Positions 1-8,390 of a stretch of DNA of 64,000 nt are shown piece by piece (within the stretch, counting starts at the first letter, position 1; the number at the start of each line of letters is the position of its first letter). Both the position numbers and the translations under genes were made by a program. The DNA lies in assembly GCA_022649925.1 (NCBI GenBank), contig JALCOX010000001.1:30972-94971 (forward strand), given 5' to 3'. The stretch comes from Bifidobacteriaceae bacterium. GTDB lineage: Bacteria; Actinomycetota; Actinomycetes; Actinomycetales; Bifidobacteriaceae. The notes under the pieces are model-generated. The model had not been told where the DNA came from. It saw only the letters and a program-made list of their open reading frames with translations, and did no database searches.

Positions 1-576
1 GGGCCGGCGGGAACCGGAAAGACGTACCTCGCGGTCGCCAAGGCGGTTCAGGCATTTGAAAACAAACAGGTTCGCCGCATTATCCTGACGCGACCGGCCG
101 TCGAGGCGGGGGAGAACCTGGGATTCCTTCCCGGAACCCTCAGCGAGAAAATCGACCCCTATCTTCGTCCTCTCTACGATGCGCTCTCAGACATGCTCGG
201 TTCCGAACAGCTCAAGCGCTACATCACCGACGGAACAATTGAGGTCGCTCCGCTCGCCTATATGCGAGGCCGCACGCTCAACGACGCCTTTGTCATTCTC
301 GATGAGGCGCAGAACACCACCGAGCAGCAGATGAAGATGTTCCTGACGCGACTCGGCTTCAACACCACCATGGTGGTGACGGGAGACGTCACGCAGGTCG
401 ATCTCGGCGTCACGCGCTCGGGGCTCAAATCCATCGAAAGAATTCTGGGTAATATCCCCACCATCACGTTCGTTCACCTCGGTGCCGCGGACGTGGTTCG
501 CCACTCACTCGTCGGCAAGATAGTGCAGGCCTACGAACGTCACGCCGAGCAGGCCTCCACCAAGGAGAAAGCATGA
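1..576 (+). CDS. phoH: PhoH-like ATPase (5' end cut by window edge)
   Basis: Frame 1 is open from nt 1. Walker A GPAGTGKT and Walker B-like ILDEAQN are present. It lies in the conserved phoH-ybeY-corC-era order. Confidence 0.9.
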   Translation, partial: GPAGTGKTYLAVAKAVQAFENKQVRRIILTRPAVEAGENLGFLPGTLSEKIDPYLRPLYDALSDMLGSEQLKRYITDGTIEVAPLAYMRGRTLNDAFVILDEAQNTTEQQMKMFLTRLGFNTTMVVTGDVTQVDLGVTRSGLKSIERILGNIPTITFVHLGAADVVRHSLVGKIVQAYERHAEQASTKEKA

Positions 577-1163
577 GCGTCGAAGTTGGCAACGAAACAA
601 ACTGGAGCATCGACCCCAAGCAGTTCTCCGATCTTGGTGTGTGGGTCATGGACCAAATGAAGGTCAGCACCCAATCCGACCTCACACTCACCTTCGTCGA
701 TCCCGCACCCATTGCCACGCTGCATGAGAAATGGATGAATCTCGAAGGACCGACCGATGTCATGAGCTTCCCCATGGACGAGCTGCGTCCAGGCACGGGC
801 TCTGTCACGCCAGCGGGCATACTCGGAGACATCGTCATCTGCCCGGACGTCGCGGTCCAGCAGGCCGCGGCTGCAGGTCATTCGGCCGTTGAAGAGATCA
901 TGTTGCTCACCACTCACGGAATCCTGCATCTCCTCGGTTTCGACCATGCGAGCCCAGAGCAAGAGCATCAGATGTTCATGCTGCAGCGTCAGCTTCTTCT
1001 CACCTTCTTGGCGCAGCGTCCCGGGAATCTGGAGGAGATCAGGTTGGAGCCGGGCTCTGTGGATATGCTGGCACGCTACTATGCCGACATGGCGGCGCAG
1101 AAGGCACGCGACGACAAGGGTCCTGCAGGCTCTCACGGAAATGAATCGGAGGCAGAGCGCTGA
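573..1163 (+). CDS. ybeY: Endoribonuclease YbeY (rRNA maturation factor)
   Basis: Has the zinc motif [11 protein letters not shown]. The start overlaps the phoH stop by 4 nt. Confidence 0.9.
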   Translation: MSVEVGNETNWSIDPKQFSDLGVWVMDQMKVSTQSDLTLTFVDPAPIATLHEKWMNLEGPTDVMSFPMDELRPGTGSVTPAGILGDIVICPDVAVQQAAAAGHSAVEEIMLLTTHGILHLLGFDHASPEQEHQMFMLQRQLLLTFLAQRPGNLEEIRLEPGSVDMLARYYADMAAQKARDDKGPAGSHGNESEAER

Positions 1164-1164
1164 T

Positions 1165-2571
1165 ATGACGCCCAATATTTTGTTGATCTGTGTTCTGGGA
1201 GTTCTCACGCTCCTTCTCGCGTGGCTGTCCCTGCTGCTGGCGGGACTGGAAGCGGCGGTGACGCGGGTGACCCGCTCGTCGCTCAACAATCTCACACTCG
1301 AGACTCAGACCGATGAGAGCCTGACGAAATTCGCGCGCATGAAGCGCCTGGAGAAGATCAACCGCGTTCAGTCGGTCGTCACTGACCGCAACGCCACCGC
1401 CTCATCTGCGGCCTTCTTCCGCATCGTCTTCAACATTCTCTGCGGAGTTCTGGTCACCATCATCGCCGCTCAGTTCACGGACGGCTGGTGGATCGACCTT
1501 CTCGTCGGTCTCGCCGGTGCCTTGATCGTGGGCTTCCTCTCGGTGATGTTCCGTCCGCGAATGACGGGTGCGGCCAAACCGCTTGACCTCATGGTGCGGC
1601 ATTCGCGCATGCTCAAGATTGCCGTTGTCCTCACACCCTTTGCGCGGATTACGGGCGTTGGCAAGGGTTTCAGGGAGGATAAAGACAAGGACTTCGTCGA
1701 CGACGAGTCGATCGAGAAGATCCACTACGAGCAGGGCAAGGCGATGGTCGACCGCATGGTCGAGGCCACGACGCTCGACCCAGAGATTGCCGAGATGCTG
1801 CGCAACGTGGTGACGCTGTCAGAGACGCTGACTCGCGAGATCATGGTGCCGCGCACCGATATGATCTGCGTGGGGGAGCACGAGACGCTCACTGCCACCC
1901 TCCAGCTCTTCTCCCGTTCGGGCTTTTCGCGCATTCCCGTCATCGGCGATTCTGTGGACGATCTCGTGGGAATGGCCTATCTCAAGGATGCCGTGCGCGC
2001 CACTGCCTTCAATCCTGAGGCCGGAAGTCGTGAGGTGCGTACCATTGTGCGCGACCCACTGCTGGTGCCCGAGTCCAAGCCGACGGACGATTTGTTCCAT
2101 CAGATGCAGCGCCAGCGTCAGCACATCGCCATCGTCGTCGACGAATGGGGTGGCATCGCTGGGTTGGTGACCATTGAAGATGCAATTGAACAGATTGTGG
2201 GCGAGCTTGAGGATGAGCACGACCGCAGTCAGAAGCAAGAACCCGAAAAGATCGGCCCGACCACGTGGCGCGTTCCGGCGCGCACGCCCATTGCCGATCT
2301 CGAAGAGATCTTTGAGATTGATATCGATGAGGACGACGTTGACACGGTGTACGGCCTGTTGACGAAGCTTCTTGGCAGAGTCCCGATCGTGGGGGAGTCC
2401 GCAGTGACCCGCGGCCTGAGACTGACGGCAGTCGATTCGGCGGGCCGGCGCAAGAAGGTGTCGATGATATTGGTCGAACCTGCGTCGATTCTGGCCAGAG
2501 AGAGCGATGCGTTGCGCAAGGACGCGGAGGCGTCGAGCGATTCTGACGCCACTTCACAGGAGGAAAAATGA
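1165..2571 (+). CDS. HlyC/CorC family transporter (DUF21 + CBS pair + CorC_HlyC)
   Basis: N-terminal TM segments and CBS-like repeats are present, with the C-terminal motif AIVVDEWGGIAGLVTIEDAIEQIVGELEDEHD. I chose the ATG at 1165, just after the ybeY stop. The listed ORF start at 889 is only open frame overlapping ybeY. Confidence 0.85.
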   Translation: MTPNILLICVLGVLTLLLAWLSLLLAGLEAAVTRVTRSSLNNLTLETQTDESLTKFARMKRLEKINRVQSVVTDRNATASSAAFFRIVFNILCGVLVTIIAAQFTDGWWIDLLVGLAGALIVGFLSVMFRPRMTGAAKPLDLMVRHSRMLKIAVVLTPFARITGVGKGFREDKDKDFVDDESIEKIHYEQGKAMVDRMVEATTLDPEIAEMLRNVVTLSETLTREIMVPRTDMICVGEHETLTATLQLFSRSGFSRIPVIGDSVDDLVGMAYLKDAVRATAFNPEAGSREVRTIVRDPLLVPESKPTDDLFHQMQRQRQHIAIVVDEWGGIAGLVTIEDAIEQIVGELEDEHDRSQKQEPEKIGPTTWRVPARTPIADLEEIFEIDIDEDDVDTVYGLLTKLLGRVPIVGESAVTRGLRLTAVDSAGRRKKVSMILVEPASILARESDALRKDAEASSDSDATSQEEK

Positions 2572-3578
2572 GCCCCATCGAACACGAGCCGCAGGAGTTG
2601 AGCGAGGAGGCTCGCGTGAGCTTTGAGGCTCCCCAGGAGGATTCGTCCTCGCCGTATCGTTCGGGCTTTGTCGCGGTCGTCGGCAGGCCGAACGTCGGGA
2701 AATCCACGTTGATTAACGCACTTGTCGGTACGCGCGTCGCCATCACCTCGTCGCGCCCGGAAACTACTCGAAAGGCAATTCGCGCCATTCTGACCAGGGA
2801 CAATGCACAACTTGTCCTGGTTGATACACCTGGAATCCATCGGCCGCGTACGCTGCTGGGTCAACGGCTCAACGACGTCGTCGATGACTCCCTCTCCGAG
2901 GTGGATGCCATCGCCTTCCTGCTGCCAGCAGACCAGGAAGTGGGACCCGGTGATACCCGCATCCTCGGACGGTTGCAAAATGACTTCACACGTAAGGGGC
3001 AGGCTCCCGACTCGCCTGAGGCTTGGCGGATTCCCGTCATTGCCATTGTGACCAAGATTGACGAGCTCAATCGCAACCAACTCGTCGACAAACTCATCGA
3101 GATCGATCAATTCGGACATTTTTCGCAGATCATCCCAGTGTCGGCCCTCGAACACGACAATCTCGGCGAGGTTGAAAAGACACTCATTGAATCGGTTCCG
3201 CAGGGGCCCCAGATGTACCCGGAGGAGACGGTGAGCGAGGAGAGCCCCTCCGAGACCATCGCCGAACTCGTGCGAGGTGCGTTCCTCGAGGAACTCAATG
3301 ACGAATTGCCGCACTCACTCGCAGTGACGGTGGACGATCTTGAATATCCCGATGAATCGACAGAACCGGTCCTCGCGCGCCTTTCGCTGTACGTGGAGCG
3401 CGATTCGCAGAAGCCGATCATCATTGGCCATCACGCAGAGCACCTGGTCCGCGTAAAGAAGAAGGTGCGTACCGCCGTCAATCGTGTGGTGGGCAGGCGC
3501 ACCAAACTCGAGCTGCACGTCAAGGTCTCGAAGGAATGGCAGTCGGATCCCAAGAAACTGGATCGGCTCGGATTCTGA
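2568..3578 (+). CDS. era: GTPase Era
   Basis: G1 GRPNVGKST, G3 DTPG and G4 TKID are present, with a KH-like C-terminus. The start overlaps the upstream stop by 4 nt. Confidence 0.95.
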   Translation: MSPIEHEPQELSEEARVSFEAPQEDSSSPYRSGFVAVVGRPNVGKSTLINALVGTRVAITSSRPETTRKAIRAILTRDNAQLVLVDTPGIHRPRTLLGQRLNDVVDDSLSEVDAIAFLLPADQEVGPGDTRILGRLQNDFTRKGQAPDSPEAWRIPVIAIVTKIDELNRNQLVDKLIEIDQFGHFSQIIPVSALEHDNLGEVEKTLIESVPQGPQMYPEETVSEESPSETIAELVRGAFLEELNDELPHSLAVTVDDLEYPDESTEPVLARLSLYVERDSQKPIIIGHHAEHLVRVKKKVRTAVNRVVGRRTKLELHVKVSKEWQSDPKKLDRLGF

Positions 3579-3659
3579 GCATTATTCGGCCCGCGCAGAG
3601 GAATGTGCGTGGGTACTATGGGTAACAATCGAAAAGCAACGAAGCTGAAGGGGCTGAAA

Positions 3660-4691
3660 ATGAGCAAACGTAACGGTGCGGGAACCGGGACGATCAACGT
3701 CGCCATTCTCGGAGTAGGAATGATCGCTGTCCACATGGCGGAGACGCTGACAAAGATGGCCGCGGACGACAGGTACTCATCGCTGATCAATCGCTACGCG
3801 GTCGCTACGCGCAACGACGCAGACCGCGCGCGTACGTTCGCCGCCAACAACGGCTTCGAGAAGGGTTATGGCTCGTATCAGGAGCTCATGGACGACCCTG
3901 AGGTGGATCTGGTCTACATCGCGACCCCGCATGCCCTCCACGCCGAGCAAGCAATTGCCTGCATGCGTGCGGGCAAGAACGTGCTGGTCGAGAAGTCGTT
4001 CACTGGCAACGGCAAGCAGGCCCGTAACGTCATCGCCGTATCCGACGAGACCAAGATGATGTGCACCGAGGCCATCTGGACTCGCTACATGCCAAGTCGT
4101 CAGATGATCCTCGATATTGTCGACTCCGGCGAAATTGGCGAGGTCCATGGTCTGACGGCCAACCTCGCATACCCGGTGTCCGATAAGGCACGCATGACCG
4201 ATCCGAAGATGGCCGGCGGCGCACTGTTGGATTTGGGCGTGTATCCGCTGAACTTCATTCGCATGGCACATCCCAACGCCGACATCAAGCGTCTCGTGAG
4301 CTCTTGCAACTTCACGGATTTGGGCGTCGACTATTCGCTGAGCACCACGCTGTGGTTCAACGACGGCGTGATGGGTGTGATGAGTGCCAACATGTATGCG
4401 GCCGGCGATTCCCAGGGCATCCTGTGGGGCGAGAAGGGCTACCTGGTGGTGGAGAACATCAACAACCCCGCCGCTATCAACGTGTTCAACAGCAATCACG
4501 AGCTCCAACGCCGGGTTGAAGTTCCTGCACAGTTGACCGGCTACGAATATCAGGTCGTCGATTCCGCTCACGCAATTCTCGAAGGCAAGACCGAGTGCGC
4601 GGCGATGCCTCACGACGAGACCATTGCCATGATGGACGCCATGGATGCCATGCGCGACCAATGGGGCGAAGTGTTCCCGTTCGAGAAGTAA
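3660..4691 (+). CDS. Gfo/Idh/MocA family oxidoreductase
   Basis: Has an N-terminal Rossmann motif VAILGVGMIA and an EKSF (EKP-like) motif. The ATG at 3660 is preceded by GAAGGGG. The start is uncertain and could be as early as 3603. Confidence 0.8.
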   Translation: MSKRNGAGTGTINVAILGVGMIAVHMAETLTKMAADDRYSSLINRYAVATRNDADRARTFAANNGFEKGYGSYQELMDDPEVDLVYIATPHALHAEQAIACMRAGKNVLVEKSFTGNGKQARNVIAVSDETKMMCTEAIWTRYMPSRQMILDIVDSGEIGEVHGLTANLAYPVSDKARMTDPKMAGGALLDLGVYPLNFIRMAHPNADIKRLVSSCNFTDLGVDYSLSTTLWFNDGVMGVMSANMYAAGDSQGILWGEKGYLVVENINNPAAINVFNSNHELQRRVEVPAQLTGYEYQVVDSAHAILEGKTECAAMPHDETIAMMDAMDAMRDQWGEVFPFEK

Positions 4692-4703
4692 GTGTTGAGT
4701 GTT

Positions 4704-4754
4704 GTTTCATGCACTGTGCATCCCGCATGGTGCATGGTGCACACTGCATGAAAC
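4704..4754. repeat. Imperfect hairpin (about 16 of 18 bp stem) directly upstream of the family-1 palindromic element
   Basis: GTTTCATGCACTGTGCAT at 4704-4721 pairs with GTGCACACTGCATGAAAC at 4737-4754, with 2 mismatches. Confidence 0.7.
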
Positions 4755-4759
4755 ACACT

Positions 4760-4823
4760 GTTCGTGGAAAAATGACCGCTGACTCACGGAAACTCGTGAG
4801 TCAGCGGTCATTTTTCCACGAAC
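4760..4823. repeat. Family-1 palindromic element, copy 1 (perfect 28-bp stem, 8-nt loop)
   Basis: GTTCGTGGAAAAATGACCGCTGACTCAC at 4760-4787 is the exact reverse complement of 4796-4823. The arms are identical to those of the copy at 6110-6173. Confidence 0.9.
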
Positions 4824-4912
4824 GAGCAGCTTGTACCGCACATTGCGGTGCATGGCCCCGATGCCTGCCGCCGCTTTGCGACAAATGTGAGGCCGGCGTT
4901 AGCCTTGGAACC

Positions 4913-6073
4913 ATGACGCGCTATCTCTGTTCTCCTGACTCCTTCAAGGAAAGCCTCTCCGCAGGCGATGTTGCTGAGGCGATGCACGCGGGAATTTTGC
5001 GCGCCGATCCTCACGCCGAGGTGACGTGTCTGCCACTGGCAGACGGTGGTGAGGGCACGATGGAGACCCTGGCCGCAGCGACTTCTGGCACGATTGTTGA
5101 GGTACCCGCGCATGACGCATTGCGTAGACCCATCACGGCGCACTTCGCACTGTTGGGGGAGGTTGGGGGCGCCCGTCACGCCACGAGGGCCGTGGTTGAA
5201 ACTGCAGAGGCCGGTGGTTTAGCGAGGTTGCAACCGCATGAGCGCTCAATCCGCACGACCACTTCATATGGAACCGGTGAGCTTATCAAGGCGGCACTCG
5301 ATCGCGGAGTGCGGCAGATTATCGTCGCTCTGGGCGGCACCGCCTCCAACGATGCGGGTGCTGGGCTCATTACCGCACTCGGGGCGAGAATACTCGACAG
5401 CAGAGGCCGTCGTATTGGCATGAGTGGTGGCAGTCTGGCGCACGCGGCCGCGATTGACATTTCGCAAATGGATACCCGCATTGCACATACCAGTTTCATG
5501 GCGGCGAGTGACGTCACAAATCCGCTTGTTGGGCCGACAGGCGCCACCGCAGTATTCGGGCCTCAGAAGGGCGGGAATGCCTCTGATATAGATGCGATGG
5601 AAGAAGACATCGCACACTTTGCTGAGATTATTCGCCGGGACGTAGGTGTTGACGTTGCATCGCTTCCCGGTGCAGGTGCTGCAGGTGGCATCGGTGTGGC
5701 ACTCATCGCCTTCTTGGGAGCACACGTTGAGCCTGGGTTCGACGTTGTTGCGCAAACCGTCAATCTCGAGGAGGCGGTGGCCGAGGCGGATGTTGTGTTT
5801 ACCGGTGAAGGCCGCATCGACGAACAAACCCAGTTCGGCAAAGTTCCACAAGGTGTGGCAACGGTGGCGCAAAAGTATCAGAAACCGGTTGTTGCTCTTG
5901 CGGGGTCAATTGGTAGAGGAAGCGCGGAGCTCTACGGCACTGGAATGACTGCGATATTTGGTATCACACCGGGCGCGTCCCCGCTCGAAGATCTTCTCGA
6001 GCCAACAATGGCATCTGCTAATATCTCCCGCACCGCAGAGCAAGTAGTGCGGTTGCTGAACTTGAAGAATTAG
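4913..6073 (+). CDS. glxK: Glycerate kinase
   Basis: The N-terminus MTRYLCSPDSFKESLSAGDVAEAM...LPLADGGEGT is typical of the glycerate kinase family. The listed ORF start at 4595 reads through the repeat element, so I chose the ATG at 4913. Confidence 0.85.
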   Translation: MTRYLCSPDSFKESLSAGDVAEAMHAGILRADPHAEVTCLPLADGGEGTMETLAAATSGTIVEVPAHDALRRPITAHFALLGEVGGARHATRAVVETAEAGGLARLQPHERSIRTTTSYGTGELIKAALDRGVRQIIVALGGTASNDAGAGLITALGARILDSRGRRIGMSGGSLAHAAAIDISQMDTRIAHTSFMAASDVTNPLVGPTGATAVFGPQKGGNASDIDAMEEDIAHFAEIIRRDVGVDVASLPGAGAAGGIGVALIAFLGAHVEPGFDVVAQTVNLEEAVAEADVVFTGEGRIDEQTQFGKVPQGVATVAQKYQKPVVALAGSIGRGSAELYGTGMTAIFGITPGASPLEDLLEPTMASANISRTAEQVVRLLNLKN

Positions 6074-6109
6074 GCACTGTGCCAAGTGTCGGACTGCGCA
6101 CCCAGCGCT

Positions 6110-6173
6110 GTTCGTGGAAAAATGACCGCTGACTCACCAGATCAGGTGAGTCAGCGGTCATTTTTCCACGAAC
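6110..6173. repeat. Family-1 palindromic element, copy 2 (perfect 28-bp stem, 8-nt loop)
   Basis: The 28-nt arms match copy 1, with a different loop (CAGATCAG). It also shares flanks with copy 1: CTG on the left and AGCNGCTTGT on the right. It sits between convergent glxK and the acyl-CoA ligase gene. Confidence 0.9.
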
Positions 6174-6276
6174 AAGCGGCTTGTGACGGCTGTGTGCTAG
6201 CTTGTGCCGGCTGCGCTAGCTGTGTCAGCTGCGCTAACTTGTGCCAGCTGACACCAGGCTTGTGCCAATAAGCACG

Positions 6277-8292
6277 CTACTTCTTCCGCGGGGTATACAT
6301 CTGCGTGTCGAGCAGCTGCGCGTAGTGCTTGAGCACCTTCGGGCGGATGACCTTCATGGAGGCGGTCAAGAGGCCATTATCCTGAGTGAAGTCCTCGGGG
6401 AGCACGATGAATTTGCGCACTGACTCCGCACGTGAAACTCCGTCGTTGGCGAGGTCAACGGCCTTCTGAATCTCGGCCCGCACGGCCGCATTTGTCGCCG
6501 CCTCAGAAACCGACATGTTCTCGTCGAGGCCCTTTGACGTGAGCCAATCACCCAGGGTCTCCTGATCGAGTGTGACGAGCGCGGAGATGAACGGACGCTT
6601 ATCGCCCAGGACGACGGCGTTGGAAACGATGGGGCAGCGCGCAATGACGCTCTCAATGGGCCCCGGCGCCACGTTTTTGCCGCCAGCGGTAATGATGAGG
6701 TCCTTCTTGCGCCCGGTGATGTAAACGAAACCGTCCGGATCGATGCGGCCCAGGTCACCGGAGGCATACCAACCGTCTGAGGTGAAGGATTCCGCCGTCG
6801 CCTCGTCGTTCTTGTGATAGCGGTGGAAGGTGGAGGTTCCCTTGATCTGGATTTCACCATCGTCGGAAATACGCAGTGCGAAACCGGGGAAGGCAATGCC
6901 GATGGACCCCTGATGGAACGGAGTGCCCAGCGGCGCGAAGGCGCACGGTGCAGTCGTCTCCGTCAGCCCATAACCCTCGTACACGGGAACGTGAGCGCCG
7001 CGGAAGAAGGACATGAGCGTGGAGTCGAGAGGCGCGCCACCCGACACGATCCACTTGGTGCGTCCGCCGAGTGCCTGGCGCAGGGGGGCGTAAACGAGCG
7101 GGTCATAGAAGGCCCGGAGGGCGGCAGTGTGCTTGCTGACTCGGCCCTTGTCGCTGAGTTCCTTCATGTACTGACGCGCGGCGCGGACAGCGAGCGTGAA
7201 CACACGACCCTTCGCACCGTGGCCGGCCTTCTGGGAGGAGGCGTTGAAGACCTTCTCGAAGACGCGCGGAACGCCGATCATCACGGTCGGTCGCGCGACC
7301 TGGAGGTCTTGAATGAGAGTGGCGATGCTACCGGCTATGTAAATGCGAATGCTGCCCGCCACGACCGCGTAGTTGATGGCGCGAGCGAACGAGTGCGCCT
7401 GGGGAAGGAACATCAGCACGGAGCCGTCAGGATCGAAGAGGAGGTCTGGCAGGTAGGCACGAAGGTTCATCGCCATGGTGCAGTAGTGCTCGTGAGTCAT
7501 CTCGACACCCTTGGGTGCGGCGGTGGAGCCGGAGGTATAGACGATGGAGCACAGATCGGTCTTCTTGACCGAGTCGATGCGTTCGTCGAGTTGGGCGTCG
7601 GAGATTGTCTCGCCGTAGGCTTGGATCTCTGCGAGAGCGCCGTTCTCGAGGCAAGAGATGGATTCGAGAGAGGCGCATTCCTCGATGGCACCTTCTGCTT
7701 TTTCACGCATGCCAAGCGTTTCAACGATGAGGAAGCGCGCGTCCGAATTGTTGACGATGTTGCGGATCTGCTCTGCGGAATCCGTGTCGTAAATCGTTGC
7801 GAGAACTCCGCCACAGGCCATGACTGCGGCGTCGATCACGTTCCACTCGTAGCTGGTGTGGCACATGAAGGCCACTCCATCGCCCTTGGCGAGGCCGTAG
7901 TGCATGAGTCCTTTGGCGGTCGAGCGAATGTCGGCGAGCGTCTCCTGAGCTGTCTTCGACACCCACTGCCCGTCCTTCTTGAAGTAGTAAAGCGGGTCAT
8001 CGGGCATGCGTTCCGCGCGTTCGGCGTACAGACCGTAGATGTTGAGCGAGCCTGGAATGTCGCCGTTTCCCTTGGTCAAGGTCGACATCAGATGCGTCTG
8101 AGGGTCGATGAAAGTCTGCGTGGGGTACCCCTCTGACCATTCCACAGTGGACGGGAGGGATGGCTGTTCTCGAGTCTTCTTGATGCGTGGCCTGCTGGCC
8201 TCGTCGAGATTGTCCTCCAGCTCGTTGAGAAGTCCTGCCGCCTTGGAAGCTGCAGTAGACAGATGTTTGTTGATTGAGGGGAGAAAAGCCAC
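6277..8292 (-). CDS. fadD: Long-chain fatty acid-CoA ligase (AMP-forming)
   Basis: Has the AMP-binding motif YTSGSTAAPKGV and the length and layout of an acyl-CoA synthetase. Confidence 0.85.
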   Translation of the reverse strand: MAFLPSINKHLSTAASKAAGLLNELEDNLDEASRPRIKKTREQPSLPSTVEWSEGYPTQTFIDPQTHLMSTLTKGNGDIPGSLNIYGLYAERAERMPDDPLYYFKKDGQWVSKTAQETLADIRSTAKGLMHYGLAKGDGVAFMCHTSYEWNVIDAAVMACGGVLATIYDTDSAEQIRNIVNNSDARFLIVETLGMREKAEGAIEECASLESISCLENGALAEIQAYGETISDAQLDERIDSVKKTDLCSIVYTSGSTAAPKGVEMTHEHYCTMAMNLRAYLPDLLFDPDGSVLMFLPQAHSFARAINYAVVAGSIRIYIAGSIATLIQDLQVARPTVMIGVPRVFEKVFNASSQKAGHGAKGRVFTLAVRAARQYMKELSDKGRVSKHTAALRAFYDPLVYAPLRQALGGRTKWIVSGGAPLDSTLMSFFRGAHVPVYEGYGLTETTAPCAFAPLGTPFHQGSIGIAFPGFALRISDDGEIQIKGTSTFHRYHKNDEATAESFTSDGWYASGDLGRIDPDGFVYITGRKKDLIITAGGKNVAPGPIESVIARCPIVSNAVVLGDKRPFISALVTLDQETLGDWLTSKGLDENMSVSEAATNAAVRAEIQKAVDLANDGVSRAESVRKFIVLPEDFTQDNGLLTASMKVIRPKVLKHYAQLLDTQMYTPRKK

Positions 8293-8390
8293 GAAAATTC
8301 GCTCCTTGCATAGATGAACACATCAACTCTAGTCGCCGGTGAGGCGATGGCGCTACTTACGCAGTGGTAGGCAGGGCAAGGTAAGGGCAT

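Noticed and set aside
889-1164. The upstream part of the 560-aa ORF that contains the corC-like gene.
   Set aside because: It overlaps ybeY in another frame and translates to Cys/Ser/Arg-rich sequence. The transporter N-terminus begins with a clean hydrophobic segment at the ATG at 1165, right after the ybeY stop.
4595-4912. An N-terminal extension of the glycerate kinase ORF, and the 61-aa ORF at 6086-6271. Both translate to ...VRGKMTADS...VSQRSFFHE....
   Set aside because: The shared peptide is just the translation of the family-1 palindromic DNA element. The glycerate kinase homology begins at the ATG at 4913.
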